A stretch of DNA of 64,000 nucleotides, taken from assembly GCA_020428795.1 (NCBI GenBank), contig JAGQME010000001.1, forward strand, positions 24,178 through 88,177, in the 5' to 3' direction. The notes under the pieces are model-generated. The model was not told the DNA's origin. It searched no databases and saw only the letters and a program-made list of their open reading frames with translations. The position numbers were made by a program, and so were the translations under genes. The DNA comes from Candidatus Kaiserbacteria bacterium. GTDB lineage: Bacteria; Patescibacteriota; Minisyncoccia; Phycocordibacterales; UBA918. Shown here one piece after another: positions 17,631 to 25,926 of the stretch. How positions within the stretch are numbered: the first letter of the stretch is position 1; the number at the start of each line of letters is the position of its first letter.

Positions 17631-17664
17631 CAAACCCGCCAAAACAAGTGTTTTGGCGGGTTTG
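17631..17664 (+). terminator. Intrinsic terminator closing the tRNA-Gly trailer module
   Basis: CAAACCCGCCAAAACA-AGTG-TTTTGGCGGGTTTG, perfect 14-bp stem. Confidence 0.65.
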
Positions 17665-17777
17665 ATTACGTGTGTGTAATCAAAATTTTTTTGCTTAAAT
17701 ATAACCACTATTACAAAATATCAGTATGATATAATGTTATATCATACTGAGGGTTGATTGGTTTTTTATCATAAATT

Positions 17778-18422
17778 TTATTTAAAATTTATGAACACTA
17801 AAAATATAGCTATGCTAAAGGCTATATACTCGGTTATTGAAACCCAGTTAAGGCGTAGGTAATATTTTTCAATCCAATCTTCTATACCAAAACGGTTAAT
17901 ATAATCTGACAACTCTGCTTCCGACCAAGAGACTATAATTCGAAGCCTCTTCTCACTATCAGGTAAATTCTCCCAAAGACCTCTTTCTATCAATATTGAT
18001 TTTAGTAAATTCGCTCGTCTGCCAAGTAGTTTGTAACGTCTCTTGGTAATTGGCCACAGTAGCGGTATTCCCCATCCGGTGCCATAAAAATCATTGAAGA
18101 AATGTAGTAAAACAGCTATCAAAAACAACCAGCCCCAAAACGGTGCTAGGTAGATAAAAATAATACCTGCCAAAATAAATATTACCGGATAATGGAGGGC
18201 TTCTCTGTGGTCGTGGTTGTGTCCGGCTGAGGCGGCTACCCGACCTCTTTTTAATAGCTCTGGTAGGGCATCGAGGTCTGGGGACATGGCAAAGATAATT
18301 CCCACTATAAAATGCCAAGAGGGTTCAATTCCTACTATCAGCCCAGCTAAGATTGTAGCTAGTAAACCGTTAGCAACATCAGCAAGTAACGCTAGGACAT
18401 TTTTGATTTTCTTCATAGACAT
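17778..18422 (-). CDS. Membrane-bound metal-dependent hydrolase (DUF457/YdjM-like)
   Basis: 214 aa, multiple TM helices, H-rich motifs (HNHDHREALH; HFFNDF..GTGWGIPLLWP) as in YdjM family inner-membrane proteins. Confidence 0.45.
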   Translation of the reverse strand: MSMKKIKNVLALLADVANGLLATILAGLIVGIEPSWHFIVGIIFAMSPDLDALPELLKRGRVAASAGHNHDHREALHYPVIFILAGIIFIYLAPFWGWLFLIAVLLHFFNDFYGTGWGIPLLWPITKRRYKLLGRRANLLKSILIERGLWENLPDSEKRLRIIVSWSEAELSDYINRFGIEDWIEKYYLRLNWVSITEYIAFSIAIFLVFINFK

Positions 18423-18428
18423 TATTCT

Positions 18429-18782
18429 TTAATGAATAGTTTTAATTAGACCCATTTGACGCAATGTTTCGGCTAGTGCGTCATCGTCAGATATATCCAC
18501 AAATTCTTCTCTATGACTAGCAAGCTCAACGTATTCTCGGTAGGTGGCGCTGGCCGTGGTAACGGTTGTCCATTTTTTAAGGATTTCCGTTACAGAAACA
18601 ATACCAGTTTGATCACTTGGTTCGGGGTATAATTCGGGGTGTAATTTAAACCACATTCGGGCCAAAGCAATTTGTGCCTCAATAGATGATAGATTATATT
18701 TTGTCCCCTCAGGCCTTTCTTCTGCCTTTAGATAAGGGTTTTCTTGTATTAGAGGTAGGTTGTTTCTTTCCAATGAAGCCAT
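18429..18782 (-). CDS. Hypothetical protein
   Basis: 117 aa ORF co-oriented and nearly abutting the upstream and downstream genes; no recognisable motif. Confidence 0.35.
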   Translation of the reverse strand: MASLERNNLPLIQENPYLKAEERPEGTKYNLSSIEAQIALARMWFKLHPELYPEPSDQTGIVSVTEILKKWTTVTTASATYREYVELASHREEFVDISDDDALAETLRQMGLIKTIH

Positions 18783-18829
18783 AATTTAGTATGGATTGAA
18801 TCCTTGGTTACACATGAAACATTATATCA

Positions 18830-19672
18830 TTAAGATTTAGGGTTGTATGTGTAAAGGTGTACGTCACGTTGTGGGAACGGAATTGGAATATTGGCTCCAT
18901 CAAGGGCATTTTTAATCGATTCATTAAGGGTAAAGCGATGTTTTGGTTCGGTGCCAGCTTCTTTGACCCAGATCCTCACTAATAAATTAACGCTGGACTC
19001 ATCAAGTTTGTCTACCACCACCTGAGGGGCTGGGTCTTCTAATACTCCCTCTAATTCAGAAATAGCGTCAATAATCACCTCCCTAGCTTGTTCAATGGGT
19101 TGCAAATATGAGATGGAAACCTGACTCGTTATACGCACCATTCCCTCTTCTGAGTAATTTGTAACAGGATTACTAGTGATTTGTGAGTTCGGTAAATTTA
19201 TAAAAATATTATCGAGAGTGCGAATTTTGGTAGTACGTAAGGTTATGTCCTTTACTTGACCATACTTCCCTACCACCTCAATCCAGTCCCCATTCTTGTA
19301 TAATCTATCAACAAATATGTTAATTCCAGCCATAATATTAGCCAAAGATTCTTTAGCAGCAAAACCGACGGCTACTCCAGCAATACCAATACCAGCTAAA
19401 GCGGCGCTGACATCAATGCCGAGTTGGCTTAAAACCGTAATTACAGCAAATATGGTTATTAACCAACGATAAACTGATCTAACCAATATTTTTTGAAGAG
19501 CGCTTTCCAGTTTGGTCTTATGTAAAGCCGTTATTAATATACGAGACGTAATGTAGTAGAAGATAACAAACAAAACAGCCACTACCGTTGCTGATATTAA
19601 GTGTGGCACTGAAAGCCACATCGCCTCCGCTAAAGTTAATTGGGGTATATTTAATGAACCAAAGGCCTCCAT
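18830..19672 (-). CDS. Small-conductance mechanosensitive channel, MscS family
   Basis: 280 aa; TM helices followed by NIMAGINIFVDRLYKNGDWIEVVGKYGQVKDITLRTTKIRTLDN..INLPNSQI, the MscS beta-domain signature. Confidence 0.85.
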   Translation of the reverse strand: MEAFGSLNIPQLTLAEAMWLSVPHLISATVVAVLFVIFYYITSRILITALHKTKLESALQKILVRSVYRWLITIFAVITVLSQLGIDVSAALAGIGIAGVAVGFAAKESLANIMAGINIFVDRLYKNGDWIEVVGKYGQVKDITLRTTKIRTLDNIFINLPNSQITSNPVTNYSEEGMVRITSQVSISYLQPIEQAREVIIDAISELEGVLEDPAPQVVVDKLDESSVNLLVRIWVKEAGTEPKHRFTLNESIKNALDGANIPIPFPQRDVHLYTYNPKS

Positions 19673-19747
19673 ACTAGATTACTTTAATTATAGCAGTCGT
19701 CTAACAAAATATAGATACCACTCTTAATAACTCGGCAAATAATCATC

Positions 19748-19900
19748 TTATCCCCAGTGTCCCATAGAAACCATAATTTGGGGACAAAAGTGGATAACCG
19801 AGTGGATAGGTGGATAAAGGACAGAAGCCATTTGTCCTTTAAAGAATAAACAAACTATGTTTTTAGCCATTTTCTATTAAAATCGCTATTTTTATCCAAA
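19748..19900. promoter_or_regulatory. Cluster of DnaA-box-like 9-mers next to an AT-rich tract (candidate DnaA-binding region)
   Basis: TTATCCCCA (19748), AGTGGATAA (19789), AGTGGATAG (19801), GGTGGATAA (19809) and TTATCCAAA (19892), each within 1-2 mismatches of TTATCCACA or its complement TGTGGATAA; followed by an A/T-rich segment. Confidence 0.35.
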
Positions 19901-20141
19901 AAATCTAATAATACGTTTCACGTGAAACATATGACCAGTTTGTTTCATATGAAACGGATTGAAGGTGATAGGTTTATATCCCAGCTTCTTTATCGCGACA
20001 AATAGTTTAATGCTTAATATTTAAGCGTTTGAGCTTAATTTAGTTAATTAAGATATGTTCCATGTGTAACCAATGGTAATAATTAAGCACTTTATTAAAG
20101 TATTATAGAGCTTGGCGACAGATTGGTGCTATGATTAGTCT

Positions 20142-20546
20142 ATGGTTAGTAAGGTTGATAATAAGAAAACCGGTGATTTAGGTGAATTGATTACTGCCAA
20201 TTGGTTGGAAAATAAGGGCTATACAATTCTTAATTTAAAATATCTAAAGAAATATGGTGAAATTGATGTGGTGGCTCAAAAGGATTTAACGGTACATTTT
20301 ATTGAGGTCAAAACGGTTTCATATGAAACTAGGCAGGCTTTGGAATATGCTGTTACACATGAAACCTGGCGACCTGAAGAACAGGTACATAAAAAGAAGC
20401 AGTTTCAAATTTCTAAGGCAATCGAGGCTTGGTTGGCTGAGTATCGCTACACCGGAGACTTTCAGATTGATGTAGCGGCCGTGCGTATTGTTCCACGTGA
20501 AACATATGCCACTATTAATTTTCTAGATAATGTGATATTTGAGTGA
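20142..20546 (+). CDS. YraN-like (UPF0102) putative endonuclease
   Basis: 134 aa; GDLGELITANWLENKGYTILN ... GEIDVVAQ ... HFIEVKT fits the YraN/UPF0102 pattern. The coding sequence contains four copies of a 14-bp palindrome family. Confidence 0.65.
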   Translation: MVSKVDNKKTGDLGELITANWLENKGYTILNLKYLKKYGEIDVVAQKDLTVHFIEVKTVSYETRQALEYAVTHETWRPEEQVHKKKQFQISKAIEAWLAEYRYTGDFQIDVAAVRIVPRETYATINFLDNVIFE

Positions 20547-20727
20547 TCTTGGCACTGTTTCATGTGTAACGGACCCTTTTTGTTAGATTTGTTAACGAAA
20601 CACCTTGTTTTAGTCTAACGCAACCAACAAAACCCTTAGGGCAAATATTTTGCTGTAGGGGTTTTGTACTACTCTATATTTCTGAAGTAATCTTTTATTA
20701 AATTTATTGTGTGATACATTGGTGATA

Positions 20728-21123
20728 ATGAAATTTTTTGTTACAGGACGATCGTCTAATTACAATAGAGTAATTGAAGCTTTTGACAAAATTGAGGCTT
20801 CAGGCAACGAAGTTACGTTACGTTGGACGGATTTTCCGATGATAAAACCTTATAGTGAGAATTCAGAAAAGGCGGGTGAGTATTCTATTCAACAATTAAA
20901 GGGGATAGCAGAAGCAGACGTTTTTATTCTTTTTGCTCATGAAGACGGGACAGGTGTATTTACAGAATTTGGAGCAGCTTTGATAATGGAAATGCTTAAT
21001 AAAAAACTCAAGATATTTGCTATAGGAAACGATGATGTTAAAGGGAAGGCAATGTTTCACTTTCATCCAATAATTCAGTGGCGCAGTAGTGTTGATGAGA
21101 TCATTAGTGAAGTTACTAAATAA
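20728..21123 (+). CDS. Nucleoside 2-deoxyribosyltransferase-like (Rossmann-like) protein
   Basis: About 131 aa from MKFFVTGRSS; ADVFILFAHEDGTGVFTEFGAALIMEM..KIFAIG resembles the conserved D...GT.FE.G.A core of PF05014-type proteins; weak, motif-level only. Confidence 0.4.
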   Translation: MKFFVTGRSSNYNRVIEAFDKIEASGNEVTLRWTDFPMIKPYSENSEKAGEYSIQQLKGIAEADVFILFAHEDGTGVFTEFGAALIMEMLNKKLKIFAIGNDDVKGKAMFHFHPIIQWRSSVDEIISEVTK

Positions 21124-21292
21124 CCATTGGCTTTTTACACTATTGGTGATATTATTTTGCCCATGAAATGATGTTTAGTTTGGGTTGTAAGCAAGCTTCC
21201 GCCCTCTCTTCACTCGGTCATGTTGTGCAAATTTGTTTAGAGACTGTTTGAATAAGTATTTCACTCAACTAGAGCAGTCTAGGAGACTATTT

Positions 21293-21363
21293 CGGGGTGT
21301 AGCATAGTGGTAGTGTACGCGGTTTGGGACCGTGTGGTCCGGGTTCGATTCCCGGCTCCCCGA
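21293..21363 (+). tRNA. tRNA-Pro (anticodon TGG), CCA not encoded; acceptor stem has one T-T mismatch and the D-stem is short
   Basis: CGGGGTGTAGCATAGTGGTAGTGTACGCGGTTTGGGACCGTGTGGTCCGGGTTCGATTCCCGGCTCCCCGA. Anticodon stem CGCGG/CCGTG with loop TTTGGGA; T-arm CCGGG-TTCGATT-CCCGG. Imperfect acceptor and D arms lower confidence. Confidence 0.7.
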
Positions 21364-21364
21364 C

Positions 21365-21406
21365 AAATTATAATACCCACAGGATTTCCTGTGGGTATTA
21401 TAATTT
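21365..21406 (+). terminator. Perfect 19-bp-stem hairpin directly after tRNA-Pro
   Basis: AAATTATAATACCCACAGGA-TTT-CCTGTGGGTATTATAATTT. Confidence 0.65.
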
Positions 21407-21492
21407 TCGCTAGGGAATCGAAGCCCGATTGAGCTATTTTGAGAACGAAGTGAATCAAAATAGCCAATTGGGATACTGTTCGTGTTGCGAAA

Positions 21493-21513
21493 GATTCCCG
21501 GCTCCCCGACAAA
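21493..21513 (+). repeat. 21-nt perfect direct repeat of the 3' end of tRNA-Pro, T-loop through trailer
   Basis: GATTCCCGGCTCCCCGACAAA is identical to 21343-21363 plus 3 trailer nt. Upstream GGGAATCGAAGCCCGA (21413-21428) is an inverted, slightly mutated copy of the T-arm. Confidence 0.85.
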
Positions 21514-21600
21514 AAATAAGACAAATACAATAAGATCTTCTTTCTTAGAAAGGTTTTTATTATATCGTTGTACTAATGGTGGTGATATAATGGCCGTATT

Positions 21601-22029
21601 ATGCAGTCTAAGGAAGTCCATTTTTGTGGTAAGGTGGCTCAAAAAGCTATTATTGATAATGGTAAAGGGGAGATACTAATCGTAAGAGACCCTAGAGAAT
21701 CGGAAGAAGTTTGGGAGATTCCGGGTGGTCGTATAAATGAAGATGAGGAGCCAAAGTCAGCCCTAGCTAGAGAGATCAAAGAAGAGTTGGGTGTTGAAGT
21801 CGAGGTTGGGGAGGTTTTGTCCTTAGAGCAGTTTTGGCAACATTCAGATCAGGCTAAAGCTTTGCTAATTGTTTACGTCTGTAGAATGAAAAATCCAAAT
21901 GCCAGTCTTAATTTGGAGGCTAAAGAAGTAGCGGAGGCTAGATGGGTGACAGCAACGGAGTGTGATAAGCTTAATTTTTTCGTTGAATACCAAAGGGCTA
22001 TAAAAAAGTATTTTTCTGATAAGATATAG
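21601..22029 (+). CDS. NUDIX hydrolase
   Basis: Nudix box GGRINEDEEPKSALAREIKEELGVE. Confidence 0.8.
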   Translation: MQSKEVHFCGKVAQKAIIDNGKGEILIVRDPRESEEVWEIPGGRINEDEEPKSALAREIKEELGVEVEVGEVLSLEQFWQHSDQAKALLIVYVCRMKNPNASLNLEAKEVAEARWVTATECDKLNFFVEYQRAIKKYFSDKI

Positions 22030-22033
22030 AATT

Positions 22034-22957
22034 ATGATTACGTACTACTACCGCACCCTAAAAGACAGTGAACTTAAGATAATTAATGAGCCTAGAAACG
22101 GGGTCTGGGTTCATGTTGAAGAACCAACCGAAGATGATATAAAAATTCTTACGACTCAATTTGGTTTGGATGAAGATATTCTTGAGGATGCCCAAGACTT
22201 TTTTGAGGTACCGAGATTAGAAAGAGAAACTGGCGGTACTTATTTCTTTACACGCTATCCTTATGAAGAGACCAAAGAAGACACCGATTCAGCTCCGTTG
22301 ATGATTGTGATGGGGGAGTCGTTTGTTTTGACACTAACCCTACGTGACATACCACAATTTAATAAGCTTTTTGACGGCAAAGAGGCGGTACACACTACTC
22401 AAAAAGCCAAGCTGTTTATTCAGCTTATGACGGCTGTCACTACTTCTTATGAAAAAGAATTAGTGAGACTGCGAAGAGCGGTACATCGGGATCGGGCCAA
22501 GTTGAGACGGATCGGTAACACGGAGATAGTGCGTTTTGTGAATTATGAACACAAACTAAATGATATGGTGGCGGCTGTCGTGCCTACTAACACTTGGATT
22601 CAGCAGTTAACTAAAGGTAATTACATGCAACTTTATAACGACGATGTTGAGTTGATGGAGGACTTGGTGGTGGATAATAGCCAGTTAGTGGATTCAGCTC
22701 GTTCGGTTCTAAAAACCATCCAAAACGTCCGTAATGCCTCCGAAGTTATTTTGACCAATAATCTAAACACTACGATAAAAACCCTGACGGTCTTGACGAT
22801 TATTCTCACTGTACCAACTATTATAGCTTCTTTATATGGCATGAATGTGCCTTTACCGTTTGGAGAGAGTAAATATGGCTTTGTTTTTGTCCTACTTTTT
22901 ATTATGGTTGCGGTAAGTGGAATTGTTATGTTATTTAAGAAAAATAAGTGGTTGTAG
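22034..22957 (+). CDS. corA: CorA-family magnesium/cobalt transporter
   Basis: 307 aa; cytoplasmic domain followed by two C-terminal TM helices with YGMNVPLPF (the YGMN signature). Confidence 0.85.
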   Translation: MITYYYRTLKDSELKIINEPRNGVWVHVEEPTEDDIKILTTQFGLDEDILEDAQDFFEVPRLERETGGTYFFTRYPYEETKEDTDSAPLMIVMGESFVLTLTLRDIPQFNKLFDGKEAVHTTQKAKLFIQLMTAVTTSYEKELVRLRRAVHRDRAKLRRIGNTEIVRFVNYEHKLNDMVAAVVPTNTWIQQLTKGNYMQLYNDDVELMEDLVVDNSQLVDSARSVLKTIQNVRNASEVILTNNLNTTIKTLTVLTIILTVPTIIASLYGMNVPLPFGESKYGFVFVLLFIMVAVSGIVMLFKKNKWL

Positions 22958-22960
22958 AGT

Positions 22961-23578
22961 ATGGGTGATAAACAACAGGTTTTTTATATTCACGGCGGTA
23001 AAGCTTACTCTAATTATAGCGATTATATTGAATATTTAAAAACAGCTGAGATTCGTAATTTGCCGAGTTCAATACAAATGAAAAAATGGTCTAATTCACT
23101 GCCTGAAAGTTTGGGAGAAGACTACGAGGTATTCATGCCATCAATGCCAAACTCAAATAATGCCAAATATAAGGAGTGGAAAATTTGGTTTGAAAGGCAT
23201 TTTGAATACTTAAAAGATGGGGTGGTATTACTTGGTTGGTCACAAGGAGGGTATTTTTTGACTAAATATCTAATCGAAAACGAATTACCGTTTATTGCTA
23301 AGGCTTTAATCTTAGTGGCAGCACCATTTGAGGCAGATGATTTTGGTGGTGAAGATGGTGGTGATTTTGCTTTTGCTACGGAAAAAGTAGGTGATATAGC
23401 CGAAAAAGTAGAAAAAATATATATTTTGCACTCCAAGGATGACTTTGTAGTACCTTATGATCATGCCTTGAGGTTTAAGGCAGGGTTGCCTCCGGCAACC
23501 CTGCTCTCCTTTGAGGATAAAAATCACTTTTTGATAGAGGAGTTTCCGGAAATAATCAGCCTTATCAAAAGTATGTAG
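22961..23578 (+). CDS. Alpha/beta-hydrolase-fold serine hydrolase (RBBP9/YdeN-like)
   Basis: 205 aa; nucleophile elbow GWSQGG; late D and H (HSKDDFVVPYDHA) consistent with a Ser-Asp-His triad. Confidence 0.55.
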   Translation: MGDKQQVFYIHGGKAYSNYSDYIEYLKTAEIRNLPSSIQMKKWSNSLPESLGEDYEVFMPSMPNSNNAKYKEWKIWFERHFEYLKDGVVLLGWSQGGYFLTKYLIENELPFIAKALILVAAPFEADDFGGEDGGDFAFATEKVGDIAEKVEKIYILHSKDDFVVPYDHALRFKAGLPPATLLSFEDKNHFLIEEFPEIISLIKSM

Positions 23579-23695
23579 GTGGTCTATCGGTTATTTTTTG
23601 TAGACTGGTCAATCTTAAATACTCTCATTTATAATATGTGATATTGACATCGATCAGAAAGTGGTCTGCTTTTCTGGCTTTATCCCAGTGATCTC

Positions 23696-24331
23696 TTGAA
23701 AGATTGTGCTGTTTTGCACGTCTTCACGTATAATGGTTCTTGCATGGCTCTTGATAACCAAGAAAATTCACAAAAGGACCACGAAGAGCGTTTTTTGAAA
23801 GCTTTCGAGGAATATAGTGACGCCTTGTTTCGTCACGCCTTTTTGCGCATAAGTGATAGAGAACGGGCGATTGATGTGGTTCATGACACTTTCGCCAAGG
23901 TTTGGACTTATGTCCGAAATGGTCACGAAATAAAGTCGTATCGTCCATTTTTGTATAAGGTTCTTAATAACCTAATCATTGATGAATATCGTAAGGCCAA
24001 GGAAGCTTCGTTGGATGCTCTAATGGAGTCGGAGGGGGTGGACGAGGGTTCGTTTAATGAATTATCGGAGGATACGGTCAAATCGTTGGTGGCGACTCTC
24101 GATGGTCGTAAGGCGTTTGATTTACTGGTTGAAATTCCCGATACGTATCGTGAGGTGTTAGTTCTCAGATTTGTTGATGAACTTGGACCAAAGGAGATAT
24201 CAGAATTGATTGAAGAATCAGAGAATGTTATATCAGTTAGGTTATTTAGAGGTTTAAAACTCTTAAAAACCCTGATAACTAAGCAAGAGGAAGCGATGGA
24301 AAGGAAGCGTCTAGCTAAAAAAGCTAGTTAA
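23696..24331 (+). CDS. ECF-type RNA polymerase sigma-70 factor
   Basis: Region 2 (DAIDVVHDTFAKVWTYV..YRPFLYKVLNNLIIDEYRK) and region 4 HTH (EVLVLRFVDELGPKEISELIEESENVISVRLFRGLKLL). Start may be the internal Met near 23744. Confidence 0.85.
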   Translation: MKDCAVLHVFTYNGSCMALDNQENSQKDHEERFLKAFEEYSDALFRHAFLRISDRERAIDVVHDTFAKVWTYVRNGHEIKSYRPFLYKVLNNLIIDEYRKAKEASLDALMESEGVDEGSFNELSEDTVKSLVATLDGRKAFDLLVEIPDTYREVLVLRFVDELGPKEISELIEESENVISVRLFRGLKLLKTLITKQEEAMERKRLAKKAS

Positions 24332-24338
24332 TAAAATT

Positions 24339-25841
24339 ATGAAGAAATTTACTCAACAACTACATAAAAAGACCGACGGCATTTATCTGCGGTCTAGTGA
24401 GAAGCGTCTGCTACGGGAGCGAGTTGTTGCTTATATGGAGTATCATCCATTACCGACTAATTTAAATACTAAGAAAGCGGACCAGAAACAGTCTGTTTCG
24501 AAAAACAGTAAGTCTATCACCTCAGAAGCGTTTGTAGTTTTTAAGCTAAACGCTCGCTGGTTCCAGAGCTTTGCCATTTTAGGGGTGTTGTTTATCGTGG
24601 TTGGTCTGCCAACTTTGGCTGAAAGATCACTACCAGGCGATATTTTGTATCCAATGAAAGTACAGGTAAACGAAGAAGTACGTTCTTCTCTGGCCTTTTC
24701 TCCGTACGCAAAAGTAGAGTGGGAAGCGACTCGACTGGAACGTCGTTTGGCCGAAGCTCGTTTGCTCGCTCAAGCTGGAAAACTAACCGAAGAAGTGGAG
24801 CAAGATGTGGCCGAGGCTGTTAAGAAGCATTCAGACTCAGCTCAACAAACAATTCTAGCTCTAAAAGCCACCGATACTGAGGAAGCTGCTTTAGCCGAAA
24901 TTTCACTGGTTTCCGTCTTAGAGGCTCAGAATGACTTATTTAATATCCAGAATGAAACGGAAACATCGGTAGATGATTCGGGTGAAGGGATGGTTAAAGA
25001 AAATAATGGCACCTTAGCCATGGCGGTCAGAACAGCTTTTGTGGCCGCTGAGAACGTGCACAAAGATACCCCGGTGACTCCGGCTCGGCTGTTTGCGGTA
25101 ATTGAAAAGGAAACCACCTACGCAGAGGAATTGTTTGCTTCAATCTCAAAAGACACTTCGGCTGAAGAAAAACAAAATATCGACAGAAGGTTGGATGATA
25201 TAAGACGAAAAGTAGAAGAAGCTCAGAAGTTAAACATTTCTTTAGCGGAAATGTCTCCTGAAATTTCTGTTATTAATGAGGCTAGTACCTCGGATGGTGA
25301 TTTGGTTTCTCAAGACAATGATATTGAGACTGAGGTAGAGGTTGGGAGCGATAACGGTCTTTATCTAAAGACAAATCAGGAGATTTTGAGTCTATTAAGG
25401 ATAGCTCTGACTGACACCAGAAAACTAATCAATTTTATGACTGATATTGAAATCCGTAATTCTTTTTCTGTCGATGAGTTAGTACCAATTACTCTGACAA
25501 CTGAAGAGAGACAGATTGCTGTTAAGGAAAATCTTAATAAGGTGTCTAGTTTGATGAAGGTGGTTAATTCCAAAAAGCTAGAAGCGGAATTGGTGGATAA
25601 GGTAACAACCGGCAAAGCAACAGTCAGTGAGTTAGTTGAAAAAGCCAATTTAGCTTTGGAAAAAGAAGCTTTGACTGAAGCTGAACAAGCGACTAATGAT
25701 GCGTTAAGTTTGGCCGAGGACCTAATGGTCTTAACTGATAAGAGTCCGGTTGATCTAACTAATATTTCAATTGTAAACTCTTCTTCCAGTACCGCTACCG
25801 CTACTGATGAAATAGTATCGACCACCACGGATGGTGTTTAG
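24339..25841 (+). CDS. Putative anti-sigma factor / DUF5667-like membrane protein cotranscribed with the ECF sigma
   Basis: 500 aa; one TM helix (FQSFAILGVLFIVVGLPTLA) after a cytoplasmic N-terminus; long helical extracytoplasmic domain; stop/start within 8 bp of the sigma gene. Confidence 0.5.
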   Translation: MKKFTQQLHKKTDGIYLRSSEKRLLRERVVAYMEYHPLPTNLNTKKADQKQSVSKNSKSITSEAFVVFKLNARWFQSFAILGVLFIVVGLPTLAERSLPGDILYPMKVQVNEEVRSSLAFSPYAKVEWEATRLERRLAEARLLAQAGKLTEEVEQDVAEAVKKHSDSAQQTILALKATDTEEAALAEISLVSVLEAQNDLFNIQNETETSVDDSGEGMVKENNGTLAMAVRTAFVAAENVHKDTPVTPARLFAVIEKETTYAEELFASISKDTSAEEKQNIDRRLDDIRRKVEEAQKLNISLAEMSPEISVINEASTSDGDLVSQDNDIETEVEVGSDNGLYLKTNQEILSLLRIALTDTRKLINFMTDIEIRNSFSVDELVPITLTTEERQIAVKENLNKVSSLMKVVNSKKLEAELVDKVTTGKATVSELVEKANLALEKEALTEAEQATNDALSLAEDLMVLTDKSPVDLTNISIVNSSSSTATATDEIVSTTTDGV

Positions 25842-25865
25842 AGTCTTTAAAGCTGTAAATATCAG

Positions 25866-25926
25866 ACTGAATCCTGTCAAATGAAACAACACCCGCAGGG
25901 TGTTGTTTCATTTGACAGGATTCAGT
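25866..25926. terminator. 29-bp perfect-stem hairpin after the anti-sigma-like gene
   Basis: ACTGAATCCTGTCAAATGAAACAACACCC-GCA-GGGTGTTGTTTCATTTGACAGGATTCAGT. Two further hairpins follow at 26055-26091 and 26101-26149. Confidence 0.6.
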
